Positions 29,401 through 39,884 are shown, counted from the first letter of the stretch. The stretch: DNA of 64,000 nucleotides from Mycobacterium sp. (GCA_025965515.1 JAOPWU010000149.1:430-64429); one strand, 5' to 3'. Program-made: numbers and translations. The notes: a model not told the origin generated them from the letters alone.

Positions 29401-30354
29401 GTGGCGATCCACCTCCCCGCGCTCACCCTGCCACACGGCCGGCTGGCGTCCGACCACCTCGTGCAGGGCCTCGGCGTCGCGAGCCTGGGCCTGGGGATCC
29501 CACCACTGCTCGCGCCCGGGCGATTCGGCAAGGCGCTGGGTATCGGGGACGAGCCCCGGCACCGCGCCACGGCGGCCGTCGTCGGGGTGCGCGAGCTGGT
29601 GGCCGCAGCGGGACTGCTCGGGCTCGCCAGCCCGGCCTTCCTGTGGGCGCGCGTCGGCGGCGACGCGATGGACCTCGCGCTGCTCGGGCGGGGCATCAAG
29701 CACCACGACGGCAAGGGGCTGTGGCGCACCGTCGCGGCCACCGCGGCCGTCGTGGGCATCACGGGGCTGGACGCGTACGCCGCCGCAACCCGCTCGCGCG
29801 GCGCCGCGACCGTCGTCCTGCACGCCACCACCACGATCCGGAAGTCGCCGCAGGAGGTCTACGACCGGTGGCGCCGGCTCGAGGACCTTCCGGCGTTCAT
29901 GGCGCACGTGGACCAGGTCACCGTCACGGGACCGACGACCAGCCACTGGAAGGCCACCGCCCCGTTCGGCCGCACCGTCGAGTGGGACGCCGAGATCACC
30001 GAGGACCTGCCGGGGCACCGCATCGTCTGGCGGTCCGTCCAGGGGTCGGCCATCGAGCTCTTCGGCGACGTCCGGTTCACCTCCGCACCGGGCCACCGCG
30101 GCACCGAGATCCACGCGACGATGCGGTACGCGATGCCCGCCGGGAAGCTGGGCGAGGCCGTGGCCCGCTACTTCGGCGAGGAGCCGCACCAGCAGCTCGA
30201 CGACGACCTACGGCGCTTCAAGCAGGTCGTGGAGACGGGGGAGGTGGTCCGCTCCGACGGCGCGCCGGGGGGCAAGCGCGCCCGCCACGAGTTCCCGCAG
30301 CACCCCGCGCGACCGCTGAGCAACGAGGAGCTGGCCCGGGAACTGCACGCCTGA
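29401..30354 (+). CDS. SRPBCC (polyketide cyclase/dehydrase-like) family protein with hydrophobic N-terminal extension
   Basis: GTG start; C-terminal Bet v1-like domain (ATTTIRKSPQEVYDRWRRLEDLPAFMAHV...IVWRSVQGS); divergent from the GGCT-like gene. Confidence 0.65.
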   Translation: MAIHLPALTLPHGRLASDHLVQGLGVASLGLGIPPLLAPGRFGKALGIGDEPRHRATAAVVGVRELVAAAGLLGLASPAFLWARVGGDAMDLALLGRGIKHHDGKGLWRTVAATAAVVGITGLDAYAAATRSRGAATVVLHATTTIRKSPQEVYDRWRRLEDLPAFMAHVDQVTVTGPTTSHWKATAPFGRTVEWDAEITEDLPGHRIVWRSVQGSAIELFGDVRFTSAPGHRGTEIHATMRYAMPAGKLGEAVARYFGEEPHQQLDDDLRRFKQVVETGEVVRSDGAPGGKRARHEFPQHPARPLSNEELARELHA

Positions 30355-30461
30355 CGTTCACCCAGCCCGTCGCGGGGTGACGAGCTCAAGGGTCCGCCCC
30401 GGACGCCGATGGTGTGCAGGAGGGCAGACCCTCGGCGCGACGGAAGAAGTGAGGCGTCCCT

Positions 30462-32645
30462 GTGCATGCCTCGGGCAGCAGGGACACCGCCGCCGCCGAG
30501 TACGAGCGGCTGGCGGAGCTCGCCACGTTCGGCGACGACGTCGCCGAGCCCACCCCGGCCTGCGACCGGTTGGTGCGGGCAGCCGCGGAGGCCGCCGGAG
30601 TGCCGATGGCGATCCTCAACGTCATGGGCGCGGACCGGCAGCTGTTCAAGGCCCGCGTCGGCCTGGACGAGACGGCTGCGCCCCGTGACCTGGCGTTCTG
30701 TGACCACGTCGTCCGGAGCGACGCGGAGCTCGTCGTCCCCGACACCGCGGCCGACCCCCGCTTCGTGGACCACCCGAGCGTGGTGGGGCCACCCGGCGTC
30801 CGGTTCTATGCCGGCTTCCCGCTGCGTACCCCGGCAGGGGCCGTGCTCGGCACGTTGTGCGTGCTCGACGTGCGCCCGCGGGAGCTGACCGACGGGCAGC
30901 GCCTGGTCCTGCGCGTCCTCGCCGAGCAGGCCGTCGCGCAGCTGGTGCTCCGGCGGCAGGTGGTCGAGATCCGGGCGGCGGTAGGGGCGGCGGCGCATGC
31001 CAGTCGCGAGCTGCAGCACGCCCGCGACCACGCCCACGACATCATTCGGACGAGCGCGGACGCCTATCTCAGCCTCGACGAGGCAGGGCGGGTCCAGGAA
31101 TGGAACCCTGCCGCGACGGCCATCCTCGGGTACCCCGCGGCGGATGCGCTCGGCGAGACCGTGGACCTCGTCCTGTTCCCGGAGCAGGCCACCGAGTTCC
31201 GGGCGGGAGTGGCCGCGTTCCTGGAGGGTGGTCAGCAGCCCCTCGGCGGTCGCCGCCTCGAGACGTGGGCCCGGGCCGCCGACGGCCGCCGCCTCCCCAT
31301 CGAGGCGACGATCTGGCCGATGCGCGTGGAGTCGGTCTGGCGCTTCAACATCCTGCTGCGGGACACGACGGAGCGGGCTGCTGCCGCGACAGCGCTGCAG
31401 CGCGCCCACCGTGAGCTCGCCGAGGCCCTCGACGCGATGCGACGCTGCATCGTGCTCCTCGACGTGGAGCGGGACGGCACCGGCGCCCCGCGGACGCTGC
31501 GGGTTCGGTGGGCGAACCGACACCTGCTGGGCATGGTCGGCCTCGACCTGGCCGACGTGGTCGGACTGCCGCTCGGTGACCTGATGCCGCTCGTCACCGG
31601 CGACCACGGGGACCGCTTCCTCGAGGTGGCGCGGACCGGGGTGCCGTTCCAGCTGGTCGACCAGTGGTACACCGGCTCGCACGGCGCCGGCAGCTGGCGC
31701 TACACGGTGACGCCGTGGAACGACGGCCTGATGCTGGAGGCGCAGGACGTCACGGACCGGCGCGCCGCGCTGGCCGCGCTGCGGGCGTCGGAGCAGCGGC
31801 TGCGGCAGACGCAGGCGCTGGCCGGGCTCGCCTCCTGGGACTGGGACCTGGTCACTCGGGAGCAGACCTGGTCGCCGTTGGTGGCGACGCTGCTGGGCGT
31901 CGATGCGGACGTCGTCCCGACCATGGAGCTCTGGCGGAAGCTGATCCACCCGTCCGACCAGCCGGCCACGGTGCGGGCCTGGCGGGCGCTCCTCGCGGAC
32001 GGCGGGTCTGCGCGGCTCGAGTTCCGGGTGTGCCGCCCGGACGACTCCATCGCCCACGTGCGCTGCTGGGTCACCGTGACGCAGGACCCGGACAACGGCC
32101 GCCCGCTGCGCGCCTGGGGGATCTGCCAGGACATCACGGCCAGCCGGACGCGGGAGGCGCACCTGCGCGACGAGGCGTTGACGGACCCGCTGACGGGGTT
32201 GCGGAACCGGCGGGGCTGGCAGAAGGACGCCGGCGACCTGCTGGACCGCGGCCGCGCGCAGGGCATCCCCGTCGCGGTCGCCGTCCTGGACCTCGACCAC
32301 TTCAAGCAGCTGAACGACACCCGCGGCCACGTCGCCGGCGACGAGCTGCTGCGGGGCTGCGGCGAGGCGTGGCGGCAGCTGCTGCGCCGCGGCGACGTGC
32401 TCGCCCGCGTCGGCGGCGAGGAGTTCGCCCTGCTGCTGTCCGGCTGCGACCTCGACCGCGGCCGGCACGTCGTGGACGAGCTGCGCTCCGCGGTGCCGGC
32501 CGGTGCCACGGCGAGCGCCGGCGTAGCCCTGGTAGGGGCGACGGAGTCGTTGAAGCACGCGTTGGCCCGTGCGGACTCGGCGCTGTTCCTGGCCAAGCGC
32601 GAGGGGCGGAACCGCACCCGCACCGCGGCCGCGGCGGGGGACTGA
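30462..32645 (+). CDS. sensor diguanylate cyclase with GAF, tandem PAS and GGDEF domains
   Basis: 727 aa; GAF (ILNVMGADRQLF...FYAGFPL); PAS repeats; GGDEF domain with RGHVAGDELL and GGEEF active-site motif. Confidence 0.85.
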   Translation: MHASGSRDTAAAEYERLAELATFGDDVAEPTPACDRLVRAAAEAAGVPMAILNVMGADRQLFKARVGLDETAAPRDLAFCDHVVRSDAELVVPDTAADPRFVDHPSVVGPPGVRFYAGFPLRTPAGAVLGTLCVLDVRPRELTDGQRLVLRVLAEQAVAQLVLRRQVVEIRAAVGAAAHASRELQHARDHAHDIIRTSADAYLSLDEAGRVQEWNPAATAILGYPAADALGETVDLVLFPEQATEFRAGVAAFLEGGQQPLGGRRLETWARAADGRRLPIEATIWPMRVESVWRFNILLRDTTERAAAATALQRAHRELAEALDAMRRCIVLLDVERDGTGAPRTLRVRWANRHLLGMVGLDLADVVGLPLGDLMPLVTGDHGDRFLEVARTGVPFQLVDQWYTGSHGAGSWRYTVTPWNDGLMLEAQDVTDRRAALAALRASEQRLRQTQALAGLASWDWDLVTREQTWSPLVATLLGVDADVVPTMELWRKLIHPSDQPATVRAWRALLADGGSARLEFRVCRPDDSIAHVRCWVTVTQDPDNGRPLRAWGICQDITASRTREAHLRDEALTDPLTGLRNRRGWQKDAGDLLDRGRAQGIPVAVAVLDLDHFKQLNDTRGHVAGDELLRGCGEAWRQLLRRGDVLARVGGEEFALLLSGCDLDRGRHVVDELRSAVPAGATASAGVALVGATESLKHALARADSALFLAKREGRNRTRTAAAAGD

Positions 32646-32748
32646 CAGCCGACCGACGCCCGGCGACCCGGTGTGCCGAGCCGAATCGCCGGCACCGTTC
32701 AGACGCACTCGTGGGATTCCGATACGTCCGGTATCCGCGGCACCGCGG

Positions 32749-33942
32749 ATGCCGTCTCATCGTGGAGGTTTGTCGGCCGTGGTCGCTCCCCGGATCGTGG
32801 TCGCCGTCGACGACGGCTCGCTCCCCGCTGCACTGCGCTGCGTGCTCGGTGGCTACCGCAGTAGCTGGGACCTCCGCTGCGGCACGGCCGCCGACGTGCC
32901 CGGCTGGCTGGCCGAGGCGCCGGCGGACGTGTTCGTCACGGACGGCGACACCGGCCTGGCGCTGTTGCGCGAGGTCCGTAGCTTGCACCCCGCCACCACC
33001 TGCCTGGTCCTGGTCGACGCGTGCGACGAGGCCGCGCTGCCGGGGCTCGCCGGGCTGGCGCACCAGGTGCTGGCGCGGCCGTGCGACGGCCTGACGCTGT
33101 TCGGTGTCATCAACGGCGTGCTCGACGTCCGGCGGTTGCTGGACGACGACCGGCTCCGCTCGCTGCTGGGTGAGGTGGAATCGCTCCCGAAGCCCCCTTC
33201 GTTGCACGCCGAGATCCTCGCGGTCACGGCCCGGGAGGACGCCTCCCTGACGGAGGTGGCCGCGGTCATCGCCGGTGACCTCTCGCTGTCGGCGGACATC
33301 CTGCGGCTGGTCAACTCGCCGTTCTTCGGACAGCGGGGGACCGTGAGTTCCGTCGAGCGGGCCGCCGTGCTGCTGGGTGTCGACACGCTCCACGCGCTCG
33401 CGCTGGCAGGCAAGCTGTTCGCCACGGACGCCCCGCTGCCGCGCGGGCTGGACGCGGCCGCGGTGCGCGCCCGGGCCGAGCGCTCCGGCGCCTTCGCCCG
33501 CGCCATCGCCCGGGCGGAGGAGTGGCCGAGCGGCCTCGCCGGCGCCGCGTTCCTGGCCGCCATGTTGCACGACGTCGGGCTGCTGGCGCTCGCCGCCGCC
33601 GACCCGGTCGCCTTCGAGCTGTTCACGAAGTTCGAGCTGCCGGGGCTCGCGCCGTACGAGCGGGAGCGGGCGGCCTTCGGCTGCTCGGTGGCCGACGTGA
33701 GCGGCTACCTGCTCGGCCTCTGGGGGTTCGACGCGGAGGCCGTGCGGGCGCTCGTCGACCAGCCGCCGGTGGGCGCCGACCTGGTGGGGCCGTCGGTCGC
33801 CCACGCCGTCGCGTACGCCCGCCACCTGGCCGGGGGCGGGGAGCCCGAGCGGGACCGGCCGGGCCGGGACGCCGACGGCGCGGCGCGGGCGCGCCGCTGG
33901 GAGGACGCCGCCATGGGCGCCCTCGCCATCACGCTGCCGTAG
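32749..33942 (+). CDS. HDOD domain signalling protein with N-terminal receiver-like domain
   Basis: N-terminal CheY-like fold region (IVVAVDDG...VFVTDGDTGL); C-terminal HDOD (ILRLVNSPFFGQRGTVSSVERAAVLLG...MLHDVGLLAL). Confidence 0.7.
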   Translation: MPSHRGGLSAVVAPRIVVAVDDGSLPAALRCVLGGYRSSWDLRCGTAADVPGWLAEAPADVFVTDGDTGLALLREVRSLHPATTCLVLVDACDEAALPGLAGLAHQVLARPCDGLTLFGVINGVLDVRRLLDDDRLRSLLGEVESLPKPPSLHAEILAVTAREDASLTEVAAVIAGDLSLSADILRLVNSPFFGQRGTVSSVERAAVLLGVDTLHALALAGKLFATDAPLPRGLDAAAVRARAERSGAFARAIARAEEWPSGLAGAAFLAAMLHDVGLLALAAADPVAFELFTKFELPGLAPYERERAAFGCSVADVSGYLLGLWGFDAEAVRALVDQPPVGADLVGPSVAHAVAYARHLAGGGEPERDRPGRDADGAARARRWEDAAMGALAITLP

Positions 33943-33963
33943 CCGCGGGGGGACACTGGAGGG

Positions 33964-34827
33964 GTGCATCCCCTTGCCGTCACCGCCCCCGGGAGCGCGG
34001 ACCTCGAGCAGCTGGTCGCGCTGGTCCGGGGCGGTGACGTCCTGGTGCTGTCGGGCGCGGGACTGTCCACCGAGTCCGGGATTCCCGACTACCGCGGACC
34101 GACGGGCGCCGCGACCCGCGACCACACGCCGATGACCTACCAGGCGTTCGTCCGGGACCCGGTGGCCCGGCACCGCTATTGGGCGCGCTCCTACCTGGGG
34201 TGGCCGCGGATGGCGCAGGCGCGCCCCAACGACGGGCACCGCGCGGTGACGGGGTTGCAGCGGGCCGGGCTGCTGCGGGGGATCATCACGCAGAACGTGG
34301 ACGGCCTGCAGCAGGAGGCCGGCGCCGCCGACGTGGTGGAGCTGCATGGCGGGCTGGACCGGGTCGCGTGCCTGGGCTGCGGTGCAGTGCTCGGGCGGCG
34401 GCTGGTGGAGGACCTGCTGCGGGCTGCGAACCCCGCGTTCGAGGTGGCGGTGGACGAGGTGAACCCCGACGGGGACGTCACCCTGCCGGACGAGGCGCTG
34501 GACGGCTTCGTGATGGTCCCGTGCCCGGTCTGCGGGGACGGGCCCCTCAAGCCGGACGTGGTGTTCTTCGGGGAATCGGTGCCGCCCGAGCGGGTGGCGC
34601 GCTGCTACGGGCTGCTCGAGGGCGCCCGGTCGCTCCTGGTGCTGGGGTCCTCGCTGGCGGTGTTCTCCGGGTACCGGTTCGCCCTGCGGGCCTCGAAGGT
34701 CGGCATCCCCGTGGCGCTGGTCAACCAGGGACCGACGCGGGCGGACGCGCTGGCGGCCCTGCACCTGGACGCGCCCCTGGGGGCCGCGCTGCCCGCGGTC
34801 GTCGCCGCGGTGGCGGCGTCGGGGTAG
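33964..34827 (+). CDS. NAD-dependent protein deacylase, Sir2 family (sirtuin)
   Basis: GAGLSTESGIPDYRG; QNVDGLQQEAG; Zn ribbon CLGCG...CPVCGDG; VVFFGE. Confidence 0.85.
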   Translation: MHPLAVTAPGSADLEQLVALVRGGDVLVLSGAGLSTESGIPDYRGPTGAATRDHTPMTYQAFVRDPVARHRYWARSYLGWPRMAQARPNDGHRAVTGLQRAGLLRGIITQNVDGLQQEAGAADVVELHGGLDRVACLGCGAVLGRRLVEDLLRAANPAFEVAVDEVNPDGDVTLPDEALDGFVMVPCPVCGDGPLKPDVVFFGESVPPERVARCYGLLEGARSLLVLGSSLAVFSGYRFALRASKVGIPVALVNQGPTRADALAALHLDAPLGAALPAVVAAVAASG

Positions 34828-34915
34828 GCCGGGCCGCGTTCGGGGAACAGCTGTAGATCACAGCCGGTTGTACGCTCCGCATACTTATTTGCTGTCCAGC
34901 AATAATCCAGGAGCG

Positions 34916-36373
34916 ATGGTGGACCTGTCCCGGCGCCAGCGGCTGCTCGTGCTCGGCACCTGCTGCATGAGCCTGTTCATCGTGGGGCTCGACAACACCA
35001 TCGTGAACGTCGCGCTGCCGTCCATCGGCCACGAGCTGCACGCGCCGACGTCCGGGCTGCAGTGGACCATCGACGCCTACACGCTGGTCCTCGCCAGCCT
35101 CCTCATGCTCTCCGGCTCGACGGCGGACCGGCTCGGGCGCAAGCGGACCTTCATCGCCGGGCTGCTGTTGTTCTCCCTCGGCTCCCTGCTCTGCAGCCTG
35201 GCGCCCAGCCTGGGGTGGCTGGTCGCGTTCCGCGCCCTGCAGGCCATCGGTGGCTCGATGCTCAACCCCGTCGCGATGTCGATCATCGTCAACACGTTCA
35301 CCGACCCGCGGGAGCGCGCCCGCGCCATCGGCGTCTGGGGCGCGGTCATCGGCTTCAGCATGGCGCTCGGCCCCGTGATCGGCGGTGTGCTGGTCGAGGG
35401 GGTCGGCTGGCGTTCGGTCTTCTGGATCAACCTGCCCGTTGGGGCCCTGGCGATCGTGCTGACCCTGCGCTTCGTCCAGGAGTCGCGGGCGCCGCGGGCC
35501 CGGCGGCTGGACCCGGTCGGCCAGGTGCTCATCATCGCGTTCCTGGCGTCGCTCACCTACGCGATCATCGAGGGCGCCCGGCTCGGCTGGGCCAGCCCCA
35601 CGATCCTCGGTCTCTTCGTGGTCGCGGCCCTCGCGCTGGCCGGCACCGTCGGCTACGAGCTGCGCCGCCCCGAACCGCTGCTCGACGTCCGGCTGTTCCG
35701 CTCCCCGCCGTTCGCCGGGGCGACCCTGATCGCCGTCTGCGCGTTCGCGTCCCTCGGCGGCTTCCTCTTCCTCAACACGCTGTACCTGCAGGACGTCCGC
35801 GGCTTCTCCGCGCTCCATGCCGGCCTCTACACGCTGCCGATGGCCGCGATGACCGTCGTCTGGCCGCCCGTGTCCGGCTACCTGGTGGGGCAGCGGGGGC
35901 CGCGGATCTCGCTGTTCATCGCCGGCGTCGCCCTGACGGGCGCGAGCGTCCTGCTGCTGGGGCTGACCAGCACCACCTCGACCGGGCGGCTGCTGCTGAC
36001 CTACCTGCTCTTCGGGTTCGGGTTCGGCTGGGTGAACGCTCCCATCACCAACGCGGCGGTCTCCGGGCTGCCGAAGGAGCAGGCGGGCGTGGCCTCCGCC
36101 GTCGCCTCCACCAGCCGCCAGGTCGGCCAGTCGCTCGGGGTCGCGGTCATCGGCGTGGCCGCCACCGCGGCCGTCCACGGCAGCTTCCAGAGCGGGTTCG
36201 CCGCCGCTACGCACGTCGGCTGGTTCATCACGCTCGGGCTCGGCATCGCCATCCTGATCCTCGGACAGGTGACGACCGGGCGGCGGCAGGACGCGACCGG
36301 TGTCACGGCGGTCGAGGCGGCCCAGCTCCGGGCGCCGGTGGCAGACGGCAACGCGAGCGTCACGGCGCGCTAA
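34916..36373 (+). CDS. MFS transporter, DHA2 (EmrB/QacA, 14-TMS) drug-efflux family
   Basis: GVALPSIGHEL; GSTADRLGRKRTF motif A; about 14 hydrophobic segments; GGAG RBS. Confidence 0.8.
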   Translation: MVDLSRRQRLLVLGTCCMSLFIVGLDNTIVNVALPSIGHELHAPTSGLQWTIDAYTLVLASLLMLSGSTADRLGRKRTFIAGLLLFSLGSLLCSLAPSLGWLVAFRALQAIGGSMLNPVAMSIIVNTFTDPRERARAIGVWGAVIGFSMALGPVIGGVLVEGVGWRSVFWINLPVGALAIVLTLRFVQESRAPRARRLDPVGQVLIIAFLASLTYAIIEGARLGWASPTILGLFVVAALALAGTVGYELRRPEPLLDVRLFRSPPFAGATLIAVCAFASLGGFLFLNTLYLQDVRGFSALHAGLYTLPMAAMTVVWPPVSGYLVGQRGPRISLFIAGVALTGASVLLLGLTSTTSTGRLLLTYLLFGFGFGWVNAPITNAAVSGLPKEQAGVASAVASTSRQVGQSLGVAVIGVAATAAVHGSFQSGFAAATHVGWFITLGLGIAILILGQVTTGRRQDATGVTAVEAAQLRAPVADGNASVTAR

Positions 36374-36487
36374 CGCGGACGCAGCACGGCGGTCGGATCC
36401 TCCCAGCAGGTCCGATCTACCCCGCGGCACCTTCGGTGTCCGCGAACGGCGCGGGCCGTCCCGTCCCCGCGCCCCGGAGGTAGCCCC

Positions 36488-37519
36488 GTGACCGTCACCG
36501 CCCCCGCCCCCGTTCGCACCAGTGCGGACAGCTTCAGCGTGCCCGTCGTCGACCTCGCGAACGACCCGCCCGAGGCGCTGGCCGACGCGCTCGTCACCGC
36601 CTCCTGCGCCTTCGTCGTCAACCACGGCGTCGACCCGCAGCTGCGCCGCGCCATGGTGCGCGTCTCGAAGGCCTTCATGGACCGCCCGCGGGAGCGCAAG
36701 GAGCCGTTCCGCTGGGACGGCACCGGCCTGTGGCGCGGCTGGCAGCCGGTCTACGAGGGCTCGCCCGAGCTCACCGGCCAGCGGCTGCCCGACCTCGTGC
36801 AGCGGTTCGAGATCCAGCTGCAGGGGCGGCGGACCGACGACCCGGTCGACCTGGCGGCGCTCGCCGAGAGCTTCGCGCTGTGGCCCGACGACCCCGCGTT
36901 CGCCGCCGCCTGGACGCGCTACTACAGCGCCTGCGGTCAGCTCGCCGGCCGCCTGTTCGCCGACATCGCGGCGCGGCTGGACCTGCCCGCCGAGGACCTG
37001 CCGGCCTGGACCGACGAGCACTTCGCGAACCTGATCAGCAACGACTACCTGGCGCAGGAGACCCCGCCGGCGCCCGGGCAGGTGCGCACCCGCCCGCACA
37101 CCGACCGCGGCGGGCTGACCCTGCTGTGGGCGGACGACGCGCCCGGCGGGCTGGAGGTCCTGCTCACGAACGGCACGGACTGGATCCCGGTGCAGATCCC
37201 GGAGGACGCGTTCCTCGTCCAGGCCGGGGACCTGCTCGGCCGCTGGACCAACCGCCGGATCCGGCCGAACGTCCACCAGGTGGTCAACCCGCCCGTCGGG
37301 CTGGGGGCCGCCAGCCGGCGCATGGCCATCGTCTACTTCCACTACCCGCGGCTCGACGCGGTGGTGGCGCCCGCGCCGTCCTGCATCGACCCCGCCGCGC
37401 GGCGGACCCCGCCGCCGCCGGTGACGGCCCGCGACCACATCTTCCGGCGGCAGGAGCAGTTCAAGACCTACGACGCGGACGGCGTCGACGAGCTGCTGGC
37501 GGAGGCCGCGGCAGGCTGA
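36488..37519 (+). CDS. 2OG-Fe(II) oxygenase (isopenicillin N synthase-like) family protein
   Basis: 343 aa; HTDRGGLTLLWADD...H...R facial triad context; N-terminal DIOX_N region. Confidence 0.8.
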   Translation: MTVTAPAPVRTSADSFSVPVVDLANDPPEALADALVTASCAFVVNHGVDPQLRRAMVRVSKAFMDRPRERKEPFRWDGTGLWRGWQPVYEGSPELTGQRLPDLVQRFEIQLQGRRTDDPVDLAALAESFALWPDDPAFAAAWTRYYSACGQLAGRLFADIAARLDLPAEDLPAWTDEHFANLISNDYLAQETPPAPGQVRTRPHTDRGGLTLLWADDAPGGLEVLLTNGTDWIPVQIPEDAFLVQAGDLLGRWTNRRIRPNVHQVVNPPVGLGAASRRMAIVYFHYPRLDAVVAPAPSCIDPAARRTPPPPVTARDHIFRRQEQFKTYDADGVDELLAEAAAG

Positions 37520-37572
37520 GCGGGAGCCCCGCGGGCCGGGCGTGGGTCCCGGCCCGCGGGCAGAATGCCGCC

Positions 37573-38208
37573 ATGCGGATCACCAAGTACGGCCACGCCT
37601 GTCTGCTCGTCGAGGAGTCCGACGCCCGGCTGCTGTTCGACCCCGGCTCCTTCTCCGCCGGGTTCGAGGGACTCGAGGGGCTGACGGGGGTGCTCATCAC
37701 CCACCAGCACGCCGACCACGTCGACCGTGACCGGCTGCGGCCGCTGCTGGACGCCAACCCCGAGGCGCGGCTGTTCGCCGACACGGGTACGGCCGCGTCA
37801 CTGACGGAGGCGGGCTTCGAGGTCACCACCGTCCGCCCGGGGGACCGGCTGGACCTGGGCGTCGACGTGACCGCGCACGGCGGCAGCCACGCGACCATCC
37901 ACCCCGACATCCCGGTGATCCCCAACGTCGGGTACCGCGTGGCGGAGCGCTTCTACCACCCGGGCGACGCGCTGTCGGTCATCGCCGACGTCGAGGGGAT
38001 CGAGGTGCTCGGCCTGCCGACCGCGGCGCCGTGGATGGCGATCGCGGACGCGATCAACCACCTGCGGCTGGTCCACCCGGGCACGGCCGTGCCCATCCAC
38101 GAGGCAGTGAGCTCCGTCCCGCCCATGTACTACGGCATGTTCACGAACTTCGCCCCGCCGGGGACCACGGTGCAGGTGCTCGACGGCGGGGAGCCCGCGA
38201 GCTTCTGA
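37573..38208 (+). CDS. MBL-fold metallo-hydrolase
   Basis: 211 aa; ITHQHADHV metal-binding motif. Confidence 0.8.
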   Translation: MRITKYGHACLLVEESDARLLFDPGSFSAGFEGLEGLTGVLITHQHADHVDRDRLRPLLDANPEARLFADTGTAASLTEAGFEVTTVRPGDRLDLGVDVTAHGGSHATIHPDIPVIPNVGYRVAERFYHPGDALSVIADVEGIEVLGLPTAAPWMAIADAINHLRLVHPGTAVPIHEAVSSVPPMYYGMFTNFAPPGTTVQVLDGGEPASF

Positions 38209-38216
38209 ACCCGGGT

Positions 38217-39017
38217 CTAGCCACGGCAGAGCACCTCACCGTGCAGGACCGCGAACCAGCCGTCCGGGGCGGCGGCCCAGCTCCGCCAGCCCGCGGCCAG
38301 CGCGGCCAGGTCGGCATCGGTGGCCAGCCCCGCTGCGCGGGCCTGCTCGGCGAACGACGAGCCCGTCATCCGGTCCGCCCACGATCCGCCCCAGGCCGCC
38401 CGCTCCTCCGGTGTCGCGTAGCACCAGGCGGATGCCGACGGCGTCACGTCGGCGAACCCCGCCTGGTGCGCCCAGGACAGCAGGCGGCGCCCCGCGTCCG
38501 GCTCGCCCCCGGCGCGCCGGGCCAGGGTCCGGTACAGCTCGAGCCAGCGGTCCAGCTCGGGGACGTGCGGGAACCAGGTGAAGGCCGCGTAGTCGGCGTC
38601 GCGGGCCGCCACCAGGCCACCGGGCGCCAGCGCAGCGCGCATCGCCCGCAGCCCAGCCACCGGGTCCGCCAGGTGCTGCAGCACCTGGTGGGCGTGCACG
38701 ATGTCGAAGCGCCGCGGGTCCTCGCCCAGCCGGTAGACGTCGCCGGTCTCGAACGTCACCGGGACGCCCGTCGCGGCCGCCCCCGCGCGGGCCGCGTCCA
38801 GCACGCCCGCGGCGGCGTCGGTCCCCACGACCGTGCCCGGCGCCACCTGCCGTGCGAGGTCCACGGTGATGCTGCCTGGCCCGCAGCCGACGTCCAGCAG
38901 CGACATCCCCGGGCGCAGGTGCGGCAGCAGGTAGGCGGCGGAGTTCGCCGCGGTGCGGCGGGCGTGGCTCGCCACCACGCTGGTGGCGTGGCCGTGGACG
39001 TACATATCGGGGCTCAT
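38217..39017 (-). CDS. class I SAM-dependent methyltransferase
   Basis: LLDVGCGPGSIT motif I; Methyltransf_11/25-like. Confidence 0.8.
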   Translation of the reverse strand: MSPDMYVHGHATSVVASHARRTAANSAAYLLPHLRPGMSLLDVGCGPGSITVDLARQVAPGTVVGTDAAAGVLDAARAGAAATGVPVTFETGDVYRLGEDPRRFDIVHAHQVLQHLADPVAGLRAMRAALAPGGLVAARDADYAAFTWFPHVPELDRWLELYRTLARRAGGEPDAGRRLLSWAHQAGFADVTPSASAWCYATPEERAAWGGSWADRMTGSSFAEQARAAGLATDADLAALAAGWRSWAAAPDGWFAVLHGEVLCRG

Positions 39018-39068
39018 CCGGCGATTCCATCGTTCGCCGCGGGGCGGCGCAACTGGATAGCCGGGGTG

Positions 39069-39884
39069 TCAGCTGACGGATGCGCCGATCAGGTGCCCCA
39101 CGGCGTAGGTGACGCCGGCGGCGAGCAGCCCCAGGACCAGCTGGCGCGCCCCGCCGAACGCGGCGCCCCGCCCGGTGAACCGGGAGGTCACGGCGCCGGC
39201 CGCGAACAGCGACACGGCCGCGACGCCCAGCGCGGGCCACAGGGTGCTGATGCCGAAGAAGTAGGTCAGCAGCGGCAGCAGCGCGCCGACCGCGAAGAAG
39301 ACGAAGCTGCTGCTCGCCGCGAGCCACGGGCTCGGCAGCTCGTCGGGGTTGATGTCCAGCTCCTCGCGGGCGTGCACGCGCAGCCGCTCCGCGGGGTCGG
39401 CGGACAGCTGCTGGGCGACGCGCAGCGCGGTCGCCGGGTCGACGCCCCGGCGCTCGTAGGCCTGGGCGAGCTCCGTCAGCTCCGCCTCGGGGTGCCGCTC
39501 GAGCTCCAGCTGCTCGATGCGGACCTCCGCGGCGATCGACTCGTTCTGGCTCTGCACGCTGACGTACTCGCCCGTCGCCATGGAGAAGGCCCCGGCGACC
39601 AGGCCCGCGACGCCCGTCAGCACCACCGTGTGGCCGCTCGCGCCGCTGCCGCCGATCCCCGCGATCAGGCTCATGTTCGTCACGAGCCCGTCCATCGCGC
39701 CGAAGACGGCCGGCCGCAGGCGACCGCCCGACACGTCGCGGTGCGCGTGGTGGTGCGGGTGCTCGGGCAGGTGGTGGGCGTGGTGCCCCGCCTGCGCGGC
39801 GGCAGGCGCGGGGGGTGCGGATTCGGTCACCGTCGTACTGTGACGGAACGGCGGAACCCTGTCGCCGGGGAGGGGGCTGGCCAT
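39069..39884 (-). CDS. VIT1/CCC1 family iron/manganese transporter with His-rich N-terminus
   Basis: 271 aa; AVFGAMDGLVTNMSLIAGIGG; C-terminal TM helices; HHAHHLPEHPHHHAH N-terminal segment. Confidence 0.8.
   Translation of the reverse strand: MASPLPGDRVPPFRHSTTVTESAPPAPAAAQAGHHAHHLPEHPHHHAHRDVSGGRLRPAVFGAMDGLVTNMSLIAGIGGSGASGHTVVLTGVAGLVAGAFSMATGEYVSVQSQNESIAAEVRIEQLELERHPEAELTELAQAYERRGVDPATALRVAQQLSADPAERLRVHAREELDINPDELPSPWLAASSSFVFFAVGALLPLLTYFFGISTLWPALGVAAVSLFAAGAVTSRFTGRGAAFGGARQLVLGLLAAGVTYAVGHLIGASVS

Noticed and set aside
30168-32708. 846-aa minus-strand ORF opposite the GGDEF gene
   Set aside because: Antisense shadow of the GAF-PAS-GGDEF cyclase, which has recognisable domain motifs.
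32302-37438. 820-aa and 905-aa minus-strand ORFs across HDOD/sirtuin/MFS/2OG-oxygenase genes
   Set aside because: Antisense to four independently well-supported plus-strand genes.
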